From positions 5,656-69,655 of the forward strand of contig CAYGBL010000010.1 of assembly GCA_964348135.1 (NCBI GenBank): a DNA stretch of 64,000 bases, in the 5' to 3' direction. Position 1 is the stretch's first letter, and the number at the start of each line of letters is the position of its first letter. The notes under the pieces are model-generated. The model was not told the origin of the DNA and did not search any database. It worked only from the letters and a program-made list of their open reading frames with translations. Below are positions 1 through 8,725 of this stretch, piece after piece. This DNA comes from an uncultured Actinomycetota bacterium (GTDB taxonomy: Bacteria > Actinomycetota > Aquicultoria > JACQXZ01 > CAYGBL01). Made by a program: the position numbers and the translations under genes.

Positions 1-453
1 GATTGCCTCGTTAAAACAACCGGGAACCTTGCGGAAATCCTCATGGGACTCAGCAGTTGAACCATCTAAGCTAACCGTTACTCTCTGAATACCGGCTTTC
101 TTGAGGCGCTCGGCTGTTTCTTCAGTAATATAAGTTCCATTTGTGCCAAGCACCATTCGCAGTCCTTGTTTGCTTCCATACCCGGCTATATCGTAGATAT
201 CCTGTCGAAGCATTGGTTCGCCCCCAGTTAGGATTATTACCGGGTTGCTGAAACTTATAATCTCATCAATAAGACTGTAAGCCTCCTCGGTAGTTAGTTC
301 TCGAGGATCGAGTTCATGAATGGCTGAAGCCCGGCAATGAACACAGTCCAAATTACAACTGTGGGTAAGTTCCCAGGCAATCATTCGCGGCGGCTGAGCT
401 ACGCCGGATGCAATCCTGTGCTTTTCCATGCTTACCTTAGTAATGTCGTGCAT
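1..453 (-). CDS. radical SAM protein, NirJ/AhbC/AhbD-like; N-terminal part only, gene runs off the window edge
   Basis: Manual translation from ATG 453 gives MHDITKVSMEKHRIASGVAQPPRMIAWELTHSCNLDCVHCRASAIHELDPRELTTEEAY..., with a CNLDCVHC (Cx3Cx2C) cluster motif. GGAG lies 7 nt upstream. It sits next to the hem genes. It is absent from the ORF track because it is truncated. Confidence 0.7.
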   Translation of the reverse strand, partial: MHDITKVSMEKHRIASGVAQPPRMIAWELTHSCNLDCVHCRASAIHELDPRELTTEEAYSLIDEIISFSNPVIILTGGEPMLRQDIYDIAGYGSKQGLRMVLGTNGTYITEETAERLKKAGIQRVTVSLDGSTAESHEDFRKVPGCFNEAI

Positions 454-477
454 TAAGACTCTCCATTGACAATATTA

Positions 478-599
478 AAAATCAAAAAGCAAATACCAAA
501 TATGAATATTGAAAACTTCCAAAAGAATCCACTTAGCGTTCTTATTTTTCAGTTTTTGATTTGTGTTTTTAATTTTTGCTTTTTGATATTTGATTTTAG
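478..599 (-). repeat. phased 7-nt degenerate tandem array (A/T-rich family A), flush with the hemB stop
   Basis: Read in 7-nt steps: aaaatca aaaagca aatacca aatatga atattga aaacttc caaaaga ... tttgatt tgtgttt ttaattt ttgcttt ttgatat ttgattt. The arms atcaaaaagcaaa (481-493) and tttgctttttgat (574-586) are complementary. Confidence 0.8.
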
Positions 600-1574
600 C
601 TACTGGCTTATCCACTCAGCTACTTCTTTGGCGTGGTAGGTGAGAATCATATCTGCACCCGCTCTCTTTATACAGCTAAGGATTTCAAGAGTTATATGCT
701 TTTCATCAATCCAGTTATTTCTACCCGCTGCTTTAACCATAGCGAACTCTCCGCTTACGTTATAAGCAGCTAGCGGATAGCCGAATTCTTCCTTCACTCT
801 AGATACAACATCCAAATATGCCATCGCCGGCTTTACCATCACAATATCTGCTCCTTCCTCTATATCCAGTACCACCTCGCGCAGAGCCTCCCAGATATTA
901 GGCGGATCCATCTGATATGAACGGCGATTACCAAACTTAGGAGCAGACTCAGCTGCCTCCCTAAAAGGTCCATAAAAATATGAGGCATATTTAGCAGCAT
1001 AGGACATAATGGGTATATCCTCAAAACCACTATCGTCCAAGATATCGCGTATAGCCGCAACTCTTCCATCCATCATATCGGAAGGAGCAACCATATCAGC
1101 ACCCGCCTTTGCATGAGAAAGGGCGGTTTGTGCGAGTAAGTCAAGGGTGGGATCATTCAAAATCTTTTCCCCCTTTACAATTCCACAGTGCCCGTGACTC
1201 ATATATTCACAAAGACAAACGTCGGTTATAACCAGGAGATTCGGCGCGGCTTCCTTAATGGCTCGGATCGCTCTCTGGGTTACTCCATCATCAGCATAAG
1301 CCTGCGAGGCTTCCTCATCTTTTTTATCCGGGATACCAAAGAGAACAATAGCAGGAATGCGTAAATCTTCTATCGCTTTTGCTTCCCTGGCAATTCTGTC
1401 AACCGAAAAATGATAATTTCCAGGCATAGAGGAAATCTCATGTTGTACATTCTCACCTTCTACGACAAATAAAGGATAAATAAGATCATCTACAGAAAGC
1501 TTAGTTTCTCGAATCAGACGTCGAAAATTCTCATTTGACCTCAACCTGCGCGCGCGGTATGAAGGGAAATACAT
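600..1574 (-). CDS. hemB: porphobilinogen synthase (delta-aminolevulinate dehydratase)
   Basis: The ORF translation is typical HemB (YPLFV, active-site region [18 protein letters not shown]). I prefer the ATG at 1574, which is preceded by AAGGAG with a 5-nt spacer, over the track start at 1601. Confidence 0.93.
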   Translation of the reverse strand: MYFPSYRARRLRSNENFRRLIRETKLSVDDLIYPLFVVEGENVQHEISSMPGNYHFSVDRIAREAKAIEDLRIPAIVLFGIPDKKDEEASQAYADDGVTQRAIRAIKEAAPNLLVITDVCLCEYMSHGHCGIVKGEKILNDPTLDLLAQTALSHAKAGADMVAPSDMMDGRVAAIRDILDDSGFEDIPIMSYAAKYASYFYGPFREAAESAPKFGNRRSYQMDPPNIWEALREVVLDIEEGADIVMVKPAMAYLDVVSRVKEEFGYPLAAYNVSGEFAMVKAAGRNNWIDEKHITLEILSCIKRAGADMILTYHAKEVAEWISQ

Positions 1575-1812
1575 ATTTTCTCCTTTCTTTCCAAGACACA
1601 AGACTCAAGTCGCAAGATACAAGTCACTGGAAGCATGAAACAAACCCCAAATATATCCTTAAGAACTATATGCCTTTTGTTCATTGTGTTTCACAGTCTT
1701 GTCCCACTACATGCAACCTGAGTCCTGCGACCTGTCTTGAGCCCACTGAACTGCATCTATATAATTAGATTGTACTATTTTAACAGCTTATAGTCCCGCT
1801 TTCCAAGACTTT

Positions 1813-1887
1813 GGGGATGTAGCTCAGGGGGAGAGCGCTTCCTTCGCACGGAAGAGGTCGTGGGTTCAATTCCCACCATCTCCACCA
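1813..1887 (+). tRNA. tRNA-Ala (anticodon CGC), CCA encoded
   Basis: Cloverleaf read by hand: acceptor GGGGATG/CATCTCC with a G3:U70 pair, anticodon loop TTCGCAC, T-arm GTGGG TTCAATT CCCAC, discriminator A plus CCA. Confidence 0.93.
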
Positions 1888-2261
1888 TCCTTCGCTAAAG
1901 CTTCGGATGGCAGAAGATTCGGCTTTTATTAGCAAAGCTTTCGATTGTTGGAATTGAAGCGAAGGATGTCCTCCCGAAACTTCATGTGAAGGGGACAGCT
2001 TCAAAAGTGTTTGCGGTTAAGTGAAGAATGCCTGCCCTTAGCTTTAGCGAAGGGAGGCTACCTCTTTCTTTACTTCTCGGTTTGCTTGCTTCGCGAATGG
2101 CGAGCCACCTTCGTTCCCTTGTGGCTCCATTTGGCGAGTCACGTTCATGTGGCACAACCACTTTTGAAGCTATATTTGGTAAGCCATACTTAGTAGGACA
2201 AGGTTTGCCCTATTAAATTTCTGACCGTCGCTTTGTCAAGATGACCGTTTACCTGGTCTAA

Positions 2262-3650
2262 TCAATAAGTAGGCCTCTTTACCTTATTTTTATTTTGCTC
2301 AGGCCAATCTATCTCTTTCATCTCGGGAAATGGAAAAGCAGGATACGCAAATAGATAACCTTGTCCTAGTTCAACACCCAGATCCAACAAAATTTGAAGC
2401 TCGTTGATCGTTTCTATACCCTCTGCTATTAGTAAAACTCCTGCTTTATCAGCAAGATCTACAAAGGTGCGTACAAGCTGCTGTTTAACTGCATCCTTGT
2501 CGACACTTCTTATCAGCGACATATCAAGCTTAATGAAATCAGGTATCAGTTCAGCAACACACTGTAGACTGGTATATCCCGCTCCTGCATCATCAATAGA
2601 CATTTTGAAGCCAAGTTCTTTAAAATACCCGAAAGCATTCTTGAATTCATTAAAATTGGTTACGGCAGTTTGTTCAGTAACTTCCAAAACTATCTGATCG
2701 GTTGAGAGTTTCAACGGTTCTAAGATATTAGTGCTAATAATCTGTCTTAGATACGGATCTTCTACGGATTCAGACTCTACGTTTAGAAAAAGTAGAGACG
2801 AAGAAGGAAGTCCCCTGGCCCCTTCAAGTGCCTTCTGCCGACAAAGACATTCCAGTTTAAGAACCAGATTCGCCTCATAGGCAACGCGGAAAAGCTTGGT
2901 TGGCATTTCAAATTCCGTATTCTCTGGTCCACGGCATAGTGCCTCATAACCAACAACTTTACGTTCTGAAATATCAACTATAGGATGGTATATTGCTTTT
3001 ATACTCTCACTCTCAATTATCTTTTCTAGTGCCAGAGCACGTTTCTCAACATCGTGAAGCTGTGCTTCTTCTGCCTCTTTTAAGGCCTCTTCTAAACACC
3101 TGTAGACCAGACGCTCTACACCTACACCCCCTCCTTCCTTTAAGAGAGAGCCCCCCACATAGCAGCCGAACTTTTCATATAGGGAGGGTTTAAGCCGCTT
3201 CCTTAACTCTGTTTCAAGAAATGAGCCGACTTTCTCAGTAAGCTGCTTCAAGTCACTTTCCTCTAAATAGGCTTTTTTTCTCGGGGGTGCAACCAGAATA
3301 ACAAAGGCATTCCCACTTACCATTATCCTCGAAACTATGTCTGTATCACGCAGATAGGAGCCGCATAGATCCATTATTGTTTTTGCAATCGCCCTCATCA
3401 GATTGTCATAAGCCTCCCATCCATAAATCTCCTCTATCTTGCTATATCTGACTACATCGATGCAGATCAAAGCTACCTGTTTCTGCTCCTGCAGCCTCTG
3501 TTTGATCTCATCCAGAAGCAGCGGCACTGTGGGCAATCCTGTTACCTGATCTATACCCAGCTCTTTTAGCTTTTCTTTATCCTTCACCATCTGGTTTAGT
3601 TCTAACCAGTCTTGCAGGAATGGGAAGGTACTTTTATTATCTACTGCCAT
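2262..3650 (-). CDS. degenerate-GGDEF / EAL domain protein (probable c-di-GMP phosphodiesterase)
   Basis: The GGDEF position reads SGNAF. EAL signatures are present: YEALCRG, DDAGAGYTS, KLDMSLIR, AEGIE, GQGYLF. Confidence 0.85.
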   Translation of the reverse strand: MAVDNKSTFPFLQDWLELNQMVKDKEKLKELGIDQVTGLPTVPLLLDEIKQRLQEQKQVALICIDVVRYSKIEEIYGWEAYDNLMRAIAKTIMDLCGSYLRDTDIVSRIMVSGNAFVILVAPPRKKAYLEESDLKQLTEKVGSFLETELRKRLKPSLYEKFGCYVGGSLLKEGGGVGVERLVYRCLEEALKEAEEAQLHDVEKRALALEKIIESESIKAIYHPIVDISERKVVGYEALCRGPENTEFEMPTKLFRVAYEANLVLKLECLCRQKALEGARGLPSSSLLFLNVESESVEDPYLRQIISTNILEPLKLSTDQIVLEVTEQTAVTNFNEFKNAFGYFKELGFKMSIDDAGAGYTSLQCVAELIPDFIKLDMSLIRSVDKDAVKQQLVRTFVDLADKAGVLLIAEGIETINELQILLDLGVELGQGYLFAYPAFPFPEMKEIDWPEQNKNKVKRPTY

Positions 3651-3760
3651 ATTACCCTCCTCTAGCTCCTTCTAAATACCTATATTCATGTGGCACTTTT
3701 CCAAGTTTTGCATCTATGTCCATCCCCGCCACAGTAATTTCCACAATATCGGGCTTAGGT

Positions 3761-5290
3761 CTATGGTTTAAATGCTCTTACAAGAGCCTTTACCAATCCG
3801 GAAATAGTATATTCCTCGGATACTACTCCTACCTTAAATCCGAATTCTTTAGCAGTTTCAGCAGTAATAGGTCCTATACAGGCGACAGTTATCCCTTCCA
3901 AATCTTTCGTGAAATCAACACCCTTCAAGGCTCTGACAAAATTCTTTACGGTAGAAGAGCTGGTAAAAGTAATAATATCGATATCTTTCTTCAAAACCAG
4001 ATCTCGTAATCGAAGAGAGGCATCTTCATCCATTACTGTACGATATGCCGTTACAACCTCGACATCCGCTCCTAATTCTCTTAACTTCTCCGGCAGAATC
4101 TCTCTGGCTATCTCAGCACGAGGAATCAAAATTCTTAAACCTTTGACGCTCTTCCCAAACTCCTCAATAATTGCCTCCGCCTGATATTTTTTAGGAAGAT
4201 AATCAACGCGGAGCCCAAACCTTTCTAATCCTTTTGCCGTAGCAGGACCAATAGCAGCGAGCTTTATGCCCTTGAGTATTCTTAAATCTTTTTCCAAAAA
4301 CCTTAATCTTTCTGTAAATGCATTTACTCCATTTATGCTGGTAAAAATAATCCAATCATAGACAGGAGCTCGGGAATCAGAAATTCTTTGAACGGCTTTA
4401 TCGAGGGTTTTATAGCTGTCGGGAGGAACAATCTTGATAGTGGGAAGTTCCACGGCTTCAGCTCCAAACTCTTCCAGGGCTTCTACAAATTCTTTAGCCT
4501 GTTCATGCGTACGGGTAACCAAAATGCGCTTCCCGAAAAGAGGTTTTTTTTCAAACCACTCTAATTTTTCACGCAAGTTTACCACCTGTCCCATTATTAC
4601 AACTGCTGGCGGAGAAATCTTCTTCTCTTCTACCTGTTTTACTATAGTTTTTAGTGTTCCTCTCAAAGTCTGTTGTTTTGCTGTTGCCCCCCACCGAACC
4701 ACCGCAACGGGAGTATCTTCTGGTTTCCCATACTTTAAAAGCTCTTCGACAATTTGAGCCAAATTCCTCACACTCATAAGAAAGATTATTGTCTCTACCG
4801 CTGTTGCCAAACCTTTCCAATTAATACTCTTTTGTCTGGCCGGATCAAGATGACCGGTTACAAAGGCAACAGTAGAAGAAAAATTCCGATGAGTTACGGG
4901 GATTCCTGCATAAGCAGGAACGGCATAAGCAGAAGAAATACCTGGTACAACCTGAAAATCAATATCGCTATTTGCAAGGCTTTCTGCCTCTTCGCCACCG
5001 CGTCCGAAGATAAATGGGTCTCCTCCCTTTAGACGGGTAACAACCTTTCCTTCCCGCGCTTTCTCGATTAGTAGATTGTTAATTTCCTTCTGAGAAAAAG
5101 TGTGCTTATTCTCTTTTTTACCCACATAAATAAGCTGAACATCAGGCTTAGCAAAATCGAGAAGCTTTTTACTCGCTAGACGGTCGTAAACAATAACATC
5201 AGCCTTGCAAATACACTCAAGGCCTTTTATGCTTATGAGCTTATAATGACCGGGGCCGGCCCCTACCAGATATACTTTGCCAGTTGACAT
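3761..5290 (-). CDS. cobA-hemD: fused uroporphyrinogen-III C-methyltransferase / uroporphyrinogen-III synthase
   Basis: The N-terminus VYLVGAGPGHYKLISIKG...VVYDRL matches the SUMT fold. The C-terminal ~250 aa is HemD-like. Confidence 0.9.
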   Translation of the reverse strand: MSTGKVYLVGAGPGHYKLISIKGLECICKADVIVYDRLASKKLLDFAKPDVQLIYVGKKENKHTFSQKEINNLLIEKAREGKVVTRLKGGDPFIFGRGGEEAESLANSDIDFQVVPGISSAYAVPAYAGIPVTHRNFSSTVAFVTGHLDPARQKSINWKGLATAVETIIFLMSVRNLAQIVEELLKYGKPEDTPVAVVRWGATAKQQTLRGTLKTIVKQVEEKKISPPAVVIMGQVVNLREKLEWFEKKPLFGKRILVTRTHEQAKEFVEALEEFGAEAVELPTIKIVPPDSYKTLDKAVQRISDSRAPVYDWIIFTSINGVNAFTERLRFLEKDLRILKGIKLAAIGPATAKGLERFGLRVDYLPKKYQAEAIIEEFGKSVKGLRILIPRAEIAREILPEKLRELGADVEVVTAYRTVMDEDASLRLRDLVLKKDIDIITFTSSSTVKNFVRALKGVDFTKDLEGITVACIGPITAETAKEFGFKVGVVSEEYTISGLVKALVRAFKP

Positions 5291-5334
5291 ATGTCACCAT
5301 AAAACCGCTAGGCTGGAAGGTTTGATAAAGATAA

Positions 5335-5515
5335 TTATCTTGGAAGAGATAATCCCTCCAACTTCCCTTTAGGAAAGGTAATCCCTCCAACCTCCCTTTA
5401 GGAAAGGGAGGCTTTACATGTTTCCTCTTTTTTAAAGAGTTCTCTTTCTACCTCCCTTCTTTTATAAAGAGAATTCTTTAATTTCCCCTTTTTTTTAAGA
5501 GGGGTCGGGGGGAGA
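5335..5515. repeat. cluster of short A/T-looped palindromes, including a 29-nt direct duplication
   Basis: aatccctccaac(t/c)tccctttaggaaagg occurs twice (starts 5351 and 5380). It is followed by cctcttttttaaagag, ctcccttcttttataaagagaa and cccctttttttt aagagggg hairpins. Related motifs occur at 41985-42052. Confidence 0.75.
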
Positions 5516-6469
5516 TTAGGCACTAAAACTGTTATTATCCAAATGCATATTCCTTATATCCTGCAGAATCTCAAATGCTCCCTGTGATAACAGTTCCTTT
5601 GCAAGAGCTATTCCCAGCTCCTCAGCTCTATCCACACTTCCCTCAGCATTATCCTTGATCAGCCTTTTTCCATCCAGACTGGCAATTGCTGCGGTAAGCT
5701 TTAAAGTACCATCGTTAACTACCGAATAGGCTCCGATCGGTACCTGACACCCACCCTCAAGGGTGCGCATTAGAGCTCTTTCCGCTAAAACAGCTGCTCT
5801 TGATTCCTTATGATCCAACCTGATAACCAGTTCTTTGACTTCTTGATTATCCTTATGTATCTCAATGCCTATTGCGCCCTGACCAACTGCCGGAAGACAG
5901 ATGTTTGGGGATATTCTCTCGGAGATACGATCTTTCCAGCCCATGCGTTCAACGCCTGCCGAGGCAAGTATCACTGCATCGAATTGTTTCTCATCTAATT
6001 TGCGAATCCTTGTATCCAGATTTCCTCTTAAATCGACAAACCTGAATTGTTGAGAATAATGAAGAAGCTGCGCCTTTCTCCTTAGACTGCTGGTACCTAT
6101 AACCGCGTTCAGAGGCAAGTAACTAAAAGTGGTCTTATCCCTGGTGATTAATGCATCCCTTGGGTCTTTTCTCTCAAGAACCGCTCCAATAACGAGGCTT
6201 TGGGGAATTTCTGTAGGTACATCCTTCATGCTATGAACCGCTAAATCAATCTTACCGTCAAGCAGCTCATTCTCTATCTCCTTAACAAAAAGCCCCTTGC
6301 CACCGATCTTAGCTAAGGGCACATCCAGAATTTTGTCCCCGGAAGTCTTGATTCTCTTGATGTCAATCTCAAGCCCCGGCTCCAGTTCCTTTAGAGATTC
6401 TGCCACGTAATTGGACTGCCAGAGAGCTAATTTACTCCCCCTGCTTCCTATTGTTAACTTCCTATGCAT
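5516..6469 (-). CDS. hemC: hydroxymethylbilane synthase (porphobilinogen deaminase)
   Basis: LTIGSRGSKLALWQ and the dipyrromethane Cys region GGCQVPIG are present. ATG 6469 follows GGGAGG. The track start at 6493 lacks an RBS. Confidence 0.92.
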   Translation of the reverse strand: MHRKLTIGSRGSKLALWQSNYVAESLKELEPGLEIDIKRIKTSGDKILDVPLAKIGGKGLFVKEIENELLDGKIDLAVHSMKDVPTEIPQSLVIGAVLERKDPRDALITRDKTTFSYLPLNAVIGTSSLRRKAQLLHYSQQFRFVDLRGNLDTRIRKLDEKQFDAVILASAGVERMGWKDRISERISPNICLPAVGQGAIGIEIHKDNQEVKELVIRLDHKESRAAVLAERALMRTLEGGCQVPIGAYSVVNDGTLKLTAAIASLDGKRLIKDNAEGSVDRAEELGIALAKELLSQGAFEILQDIRNMHLDNNSFSA

Positions 6470-6493
6470 TTTCCTCCCTGGTATTAACCTCAT

Positions 6494-6566
6494 AGCCTCA
6501 TGCCTCAGAGCCTCATGAAACTATTTGAGATTTGCGACTCTGCGGCTTCGCGGCTAGGGGCTGCAA
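6494..6566 (-). repeat. intercistronic repeat family D (hemA to hemC spacer)
   Basis: It shares the 14-mer agcctcatgcctca with 11150-11163. ctctgcggcttc matches ctctgtggcttc at 11201-11212 at 11 of 12 positions. Confidence 0.7.
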
Positions 6567-7868
6567 TTATTTCTTGGGGCCTCCAGTATGCTCCCTGCCA
6601 GATTTTCCTTCTAAACCAAAGAGATGTCTGAGCGACTCTACATACACATATCCATCTTTGCGGTCACTGCATTCTTTAATTCTGACAATTGGTTGATGAA
6701 GAATCTTATTAACAATACCCGATGCCAATGCTTTGATTGTCTCCTTTTGCTTCTCATTCAAGGTTCCTAATCTGGAGAGGGCTTTGCTCAGCTCTATTTC
6801 CTTGATATCATCTGCTCTCTCTTTCAAAGCTGAAATAGTTGGAACCACTTCCAAACAACTCAACCAGAAAATAAATTCGGAAACCTCCTTCTCCACTATG
6901 CTTTCTGCTTTTTTAGCCTCTCTCGCCCGTTCCGCTAAATTTGCATCTACTACCGACTGAAGATCATCAATATCATATAAAAAAGCATTATAAATATCGT
7001 TTACTCCTGGCTCAATATCCCTGGGTACAGCTATGTCAATAAAGAAAATCGGCCTATTGCGTCTACGGTAGATGGCTTTGGCAACACCTTCTTTGCTTAT
7101 TACATAATGAGGAGCTCCCGTTGAACTTATAATTATATCTGCGTTAGTCATTGCTTCAAAAAGATTGTCAAACTCCACGGCATGTCCATTAAATCGTTCG
7201 GCCAATTCTACTGCTCTTTCAAAAGTACGGTTGGTAACCAAGACTGAGCTTACTCCGTTGGCAAGAAGATGTTTTGCTGTAAGCTCGCTCATTTCTCCCG
7301 CCCCCACTATCATTACGGTTCTGCCTTCCAGTTCCCCGAAAACTTTTTTAGCAAGCTCGACGGCTGCATAACTAATGGATACTGCACTTTCTCCAATCTC
7401 TGTCTCAGTTCGCACTTTCTTCCCTACTGAAAAGGCCTGCCGAAACAGACGGTTTACGATAATGTTGGCAGCTCCCGCATCGAATGCATACTCATAAGCC
7501 TCTTTTACCTGACCCAAAATTTGAGCTTCCCCCACTACCATAGAGTCGAGACTTGCAACAACTCTGAATAGATGATGGACGGCTTCTACAGAATCGTGAA
7601 AGTAAAGATAGGGAGAGAGTTCATCAGATTTAAACCCGTGGTAATCGCAGAGAAATCGTACTGTATCTTTTTTCCCTTCTTCAAGATTATTGGCTACTAT
7701 ATAGATTTCCGTACGATTGCATGTGGAGAGAATTACGCCTTCACTAATATTTTTATATGAAAGAAGTGCATGAAGTGCTTCGTCTTGGGTTTCAGCTGGA
7801 AAAGTCAGCTTTTCTCTAATCTCCACAGGGGCTGTTTTGTGGCTTAGTCCCGCTATTACAATATGCAT
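6567..7868 (-). CDS. hemA: glutamyl-tRNA reductase
   Basis: MHIVIAGLSHKTAPVEIREK, the catalytic region LSTCNRTEIY and the NADPH site VGAGEM are present. Confidence 0.95.
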   Translation of the reverse strand: MHIVIAGLSHKTAPVEIREKLTFPAETQDEALHALLSYKNISEGVILSTCNRTEIYIVANNLEEGKKDTVRFLCDYHGFKSDELSPYLYFHDSVEAVHHLFRVVASLDSMVVGEAQILGQVKEAYEYAFDAGAANIIVNRLFRQAFSVGKKVRTETEIGESAVSISYAAVELAKKVFGELEGRTVMIVGAGEMSELTAKHLLANGVSSVLVTNRTFERAVELAERFNGHAVEFDNLFEAMTNADIIISSTGAPHYVISKEGVAKAIYRRRNRPIFFIDIAVPRDIEPGVNDIYNAFLYDIDDLQSVVDANLAERAREAKKAESIVEKEVSEFIFWLSCLEVVPTISALKERADDIKEIELSKALSRLGTLNEKQKETIKALASGIVNKILHQPIVRIKECSDRKDGYVYVESLRHLFGLEGKSGREHTGGPKK

Positions 7869-8048
7869 AGCATTCTAACCTTCCGCACGTTTCGCATAGA
7901 ATGGGACATTTCACAAAAGATCGCCCCCGCCGGTAAAGTGCATTGTTGTTCAGGCAAGCAGAGCCAGCAGGGGCGATGACACGGTCCTCTTGGATACACT
8001 TCTTCATAACTGCCTGAACAATAACAATATACCATATTATAGTAACCT

Positions 8049-8681
8049 TTATACATCTCTTAAAAGTTCCTCAATAATCTCGCCTGGATCCACATTCTCA
8101 CCCTTCCTCAATCGGTCGAGAAGACCCAGTTCTAATACGCGAGATAGCATCCTTCTTTTACTTCCGGGGGCAGTAACCTGCTTCTTGATCTCCTTCCGTA
8201 TTTTTGCCAGAAGATTAAGGTATTCTCCGTATTCAGAGCCAAATTGCGTCTCTAGTTCTCTCCTTAATTCTCTTGCTAAACCAGGAAATTTCCCTCCTGT
8301 TGAAATGCAAATTTGTAAATCACCCCGGTTTACTATGGAGGGCATAAAGAAATTGCTTAGCTCTGGTTTATTGACCAGGTTTACCAGTAATCCTAAACTT
8401 ATTGCCTCTTCCCCAACCTGATAATTTACTTCATCGTTATCAGAGGCAGCAATAACCAGAAATGCTCTATCCAAGTCACCTCTATTGTATTTTTTGGCTT
8501 GATATGCAATCGCTCCTGCCTTAACCAGCTCTGCTAATCCCCGGCTTATTTGCGGGCTAATTACTTCAACCTTGCCATTGTAACTTAGAAGAGTCTCTAC
8601 TTTCCGTTCTGCTACGTTACCTCCTCCAATAACCACGCACTTCTTTCCTGAAAGATTAACGGTAATTGGAAAATATGCCAT
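8049..8681 (-). CDS. sirC: precorrin-2 dehydrogenase / sirohydrochlorin ferrochelatase (siroheme synthase N-terminal type)
   Basis: N-terminal Rossmann motif KKCVVIGGGNVAERK. The ~210-aa length is typical of SirC or the CysG N-domain. Confidence 0.85.
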   Translation of the reverse strand: MAYFPITVNLSGKKCVVIGGGNVAERKVETLLSYNGKVEVISPQISRGLAELVKAGAIAYQAKKYNRGDLDRAFLVIAASDNDEVNYQVGEEAISLGLLVNLVNKPELSNFFMPSIVNRGDLQICISTGGKFPGLARELRRELETQFGSEYGEYLNLLAKIRKEIKKQVTAPGSKRRMLSRVLELGLLDRLRKGENVDPGEIIEELLRDV

Positions 8682-8725
8682 CTCAATAATGCATAATTGT
8701 TAATTGATAATTGTGAACTTACCTT

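Noticed and set aside
1780-2004. A 74-aa ORF on the minus strand
   Set aside because: It is antisense to and overlaps tRNA-Ala. It has no RBS, and its translation partly mirrors the tRNA sequence.
860-5032. Numerous 60-130-aa ORFs antisense to or out of frame with hemB, the EAL protein and cobA-hemD. The same type of ORF occurs throughout the track.
   Set aside because: They are shadow ORFs inside well-supported long genes, with low-complexity translations and no independent signals.
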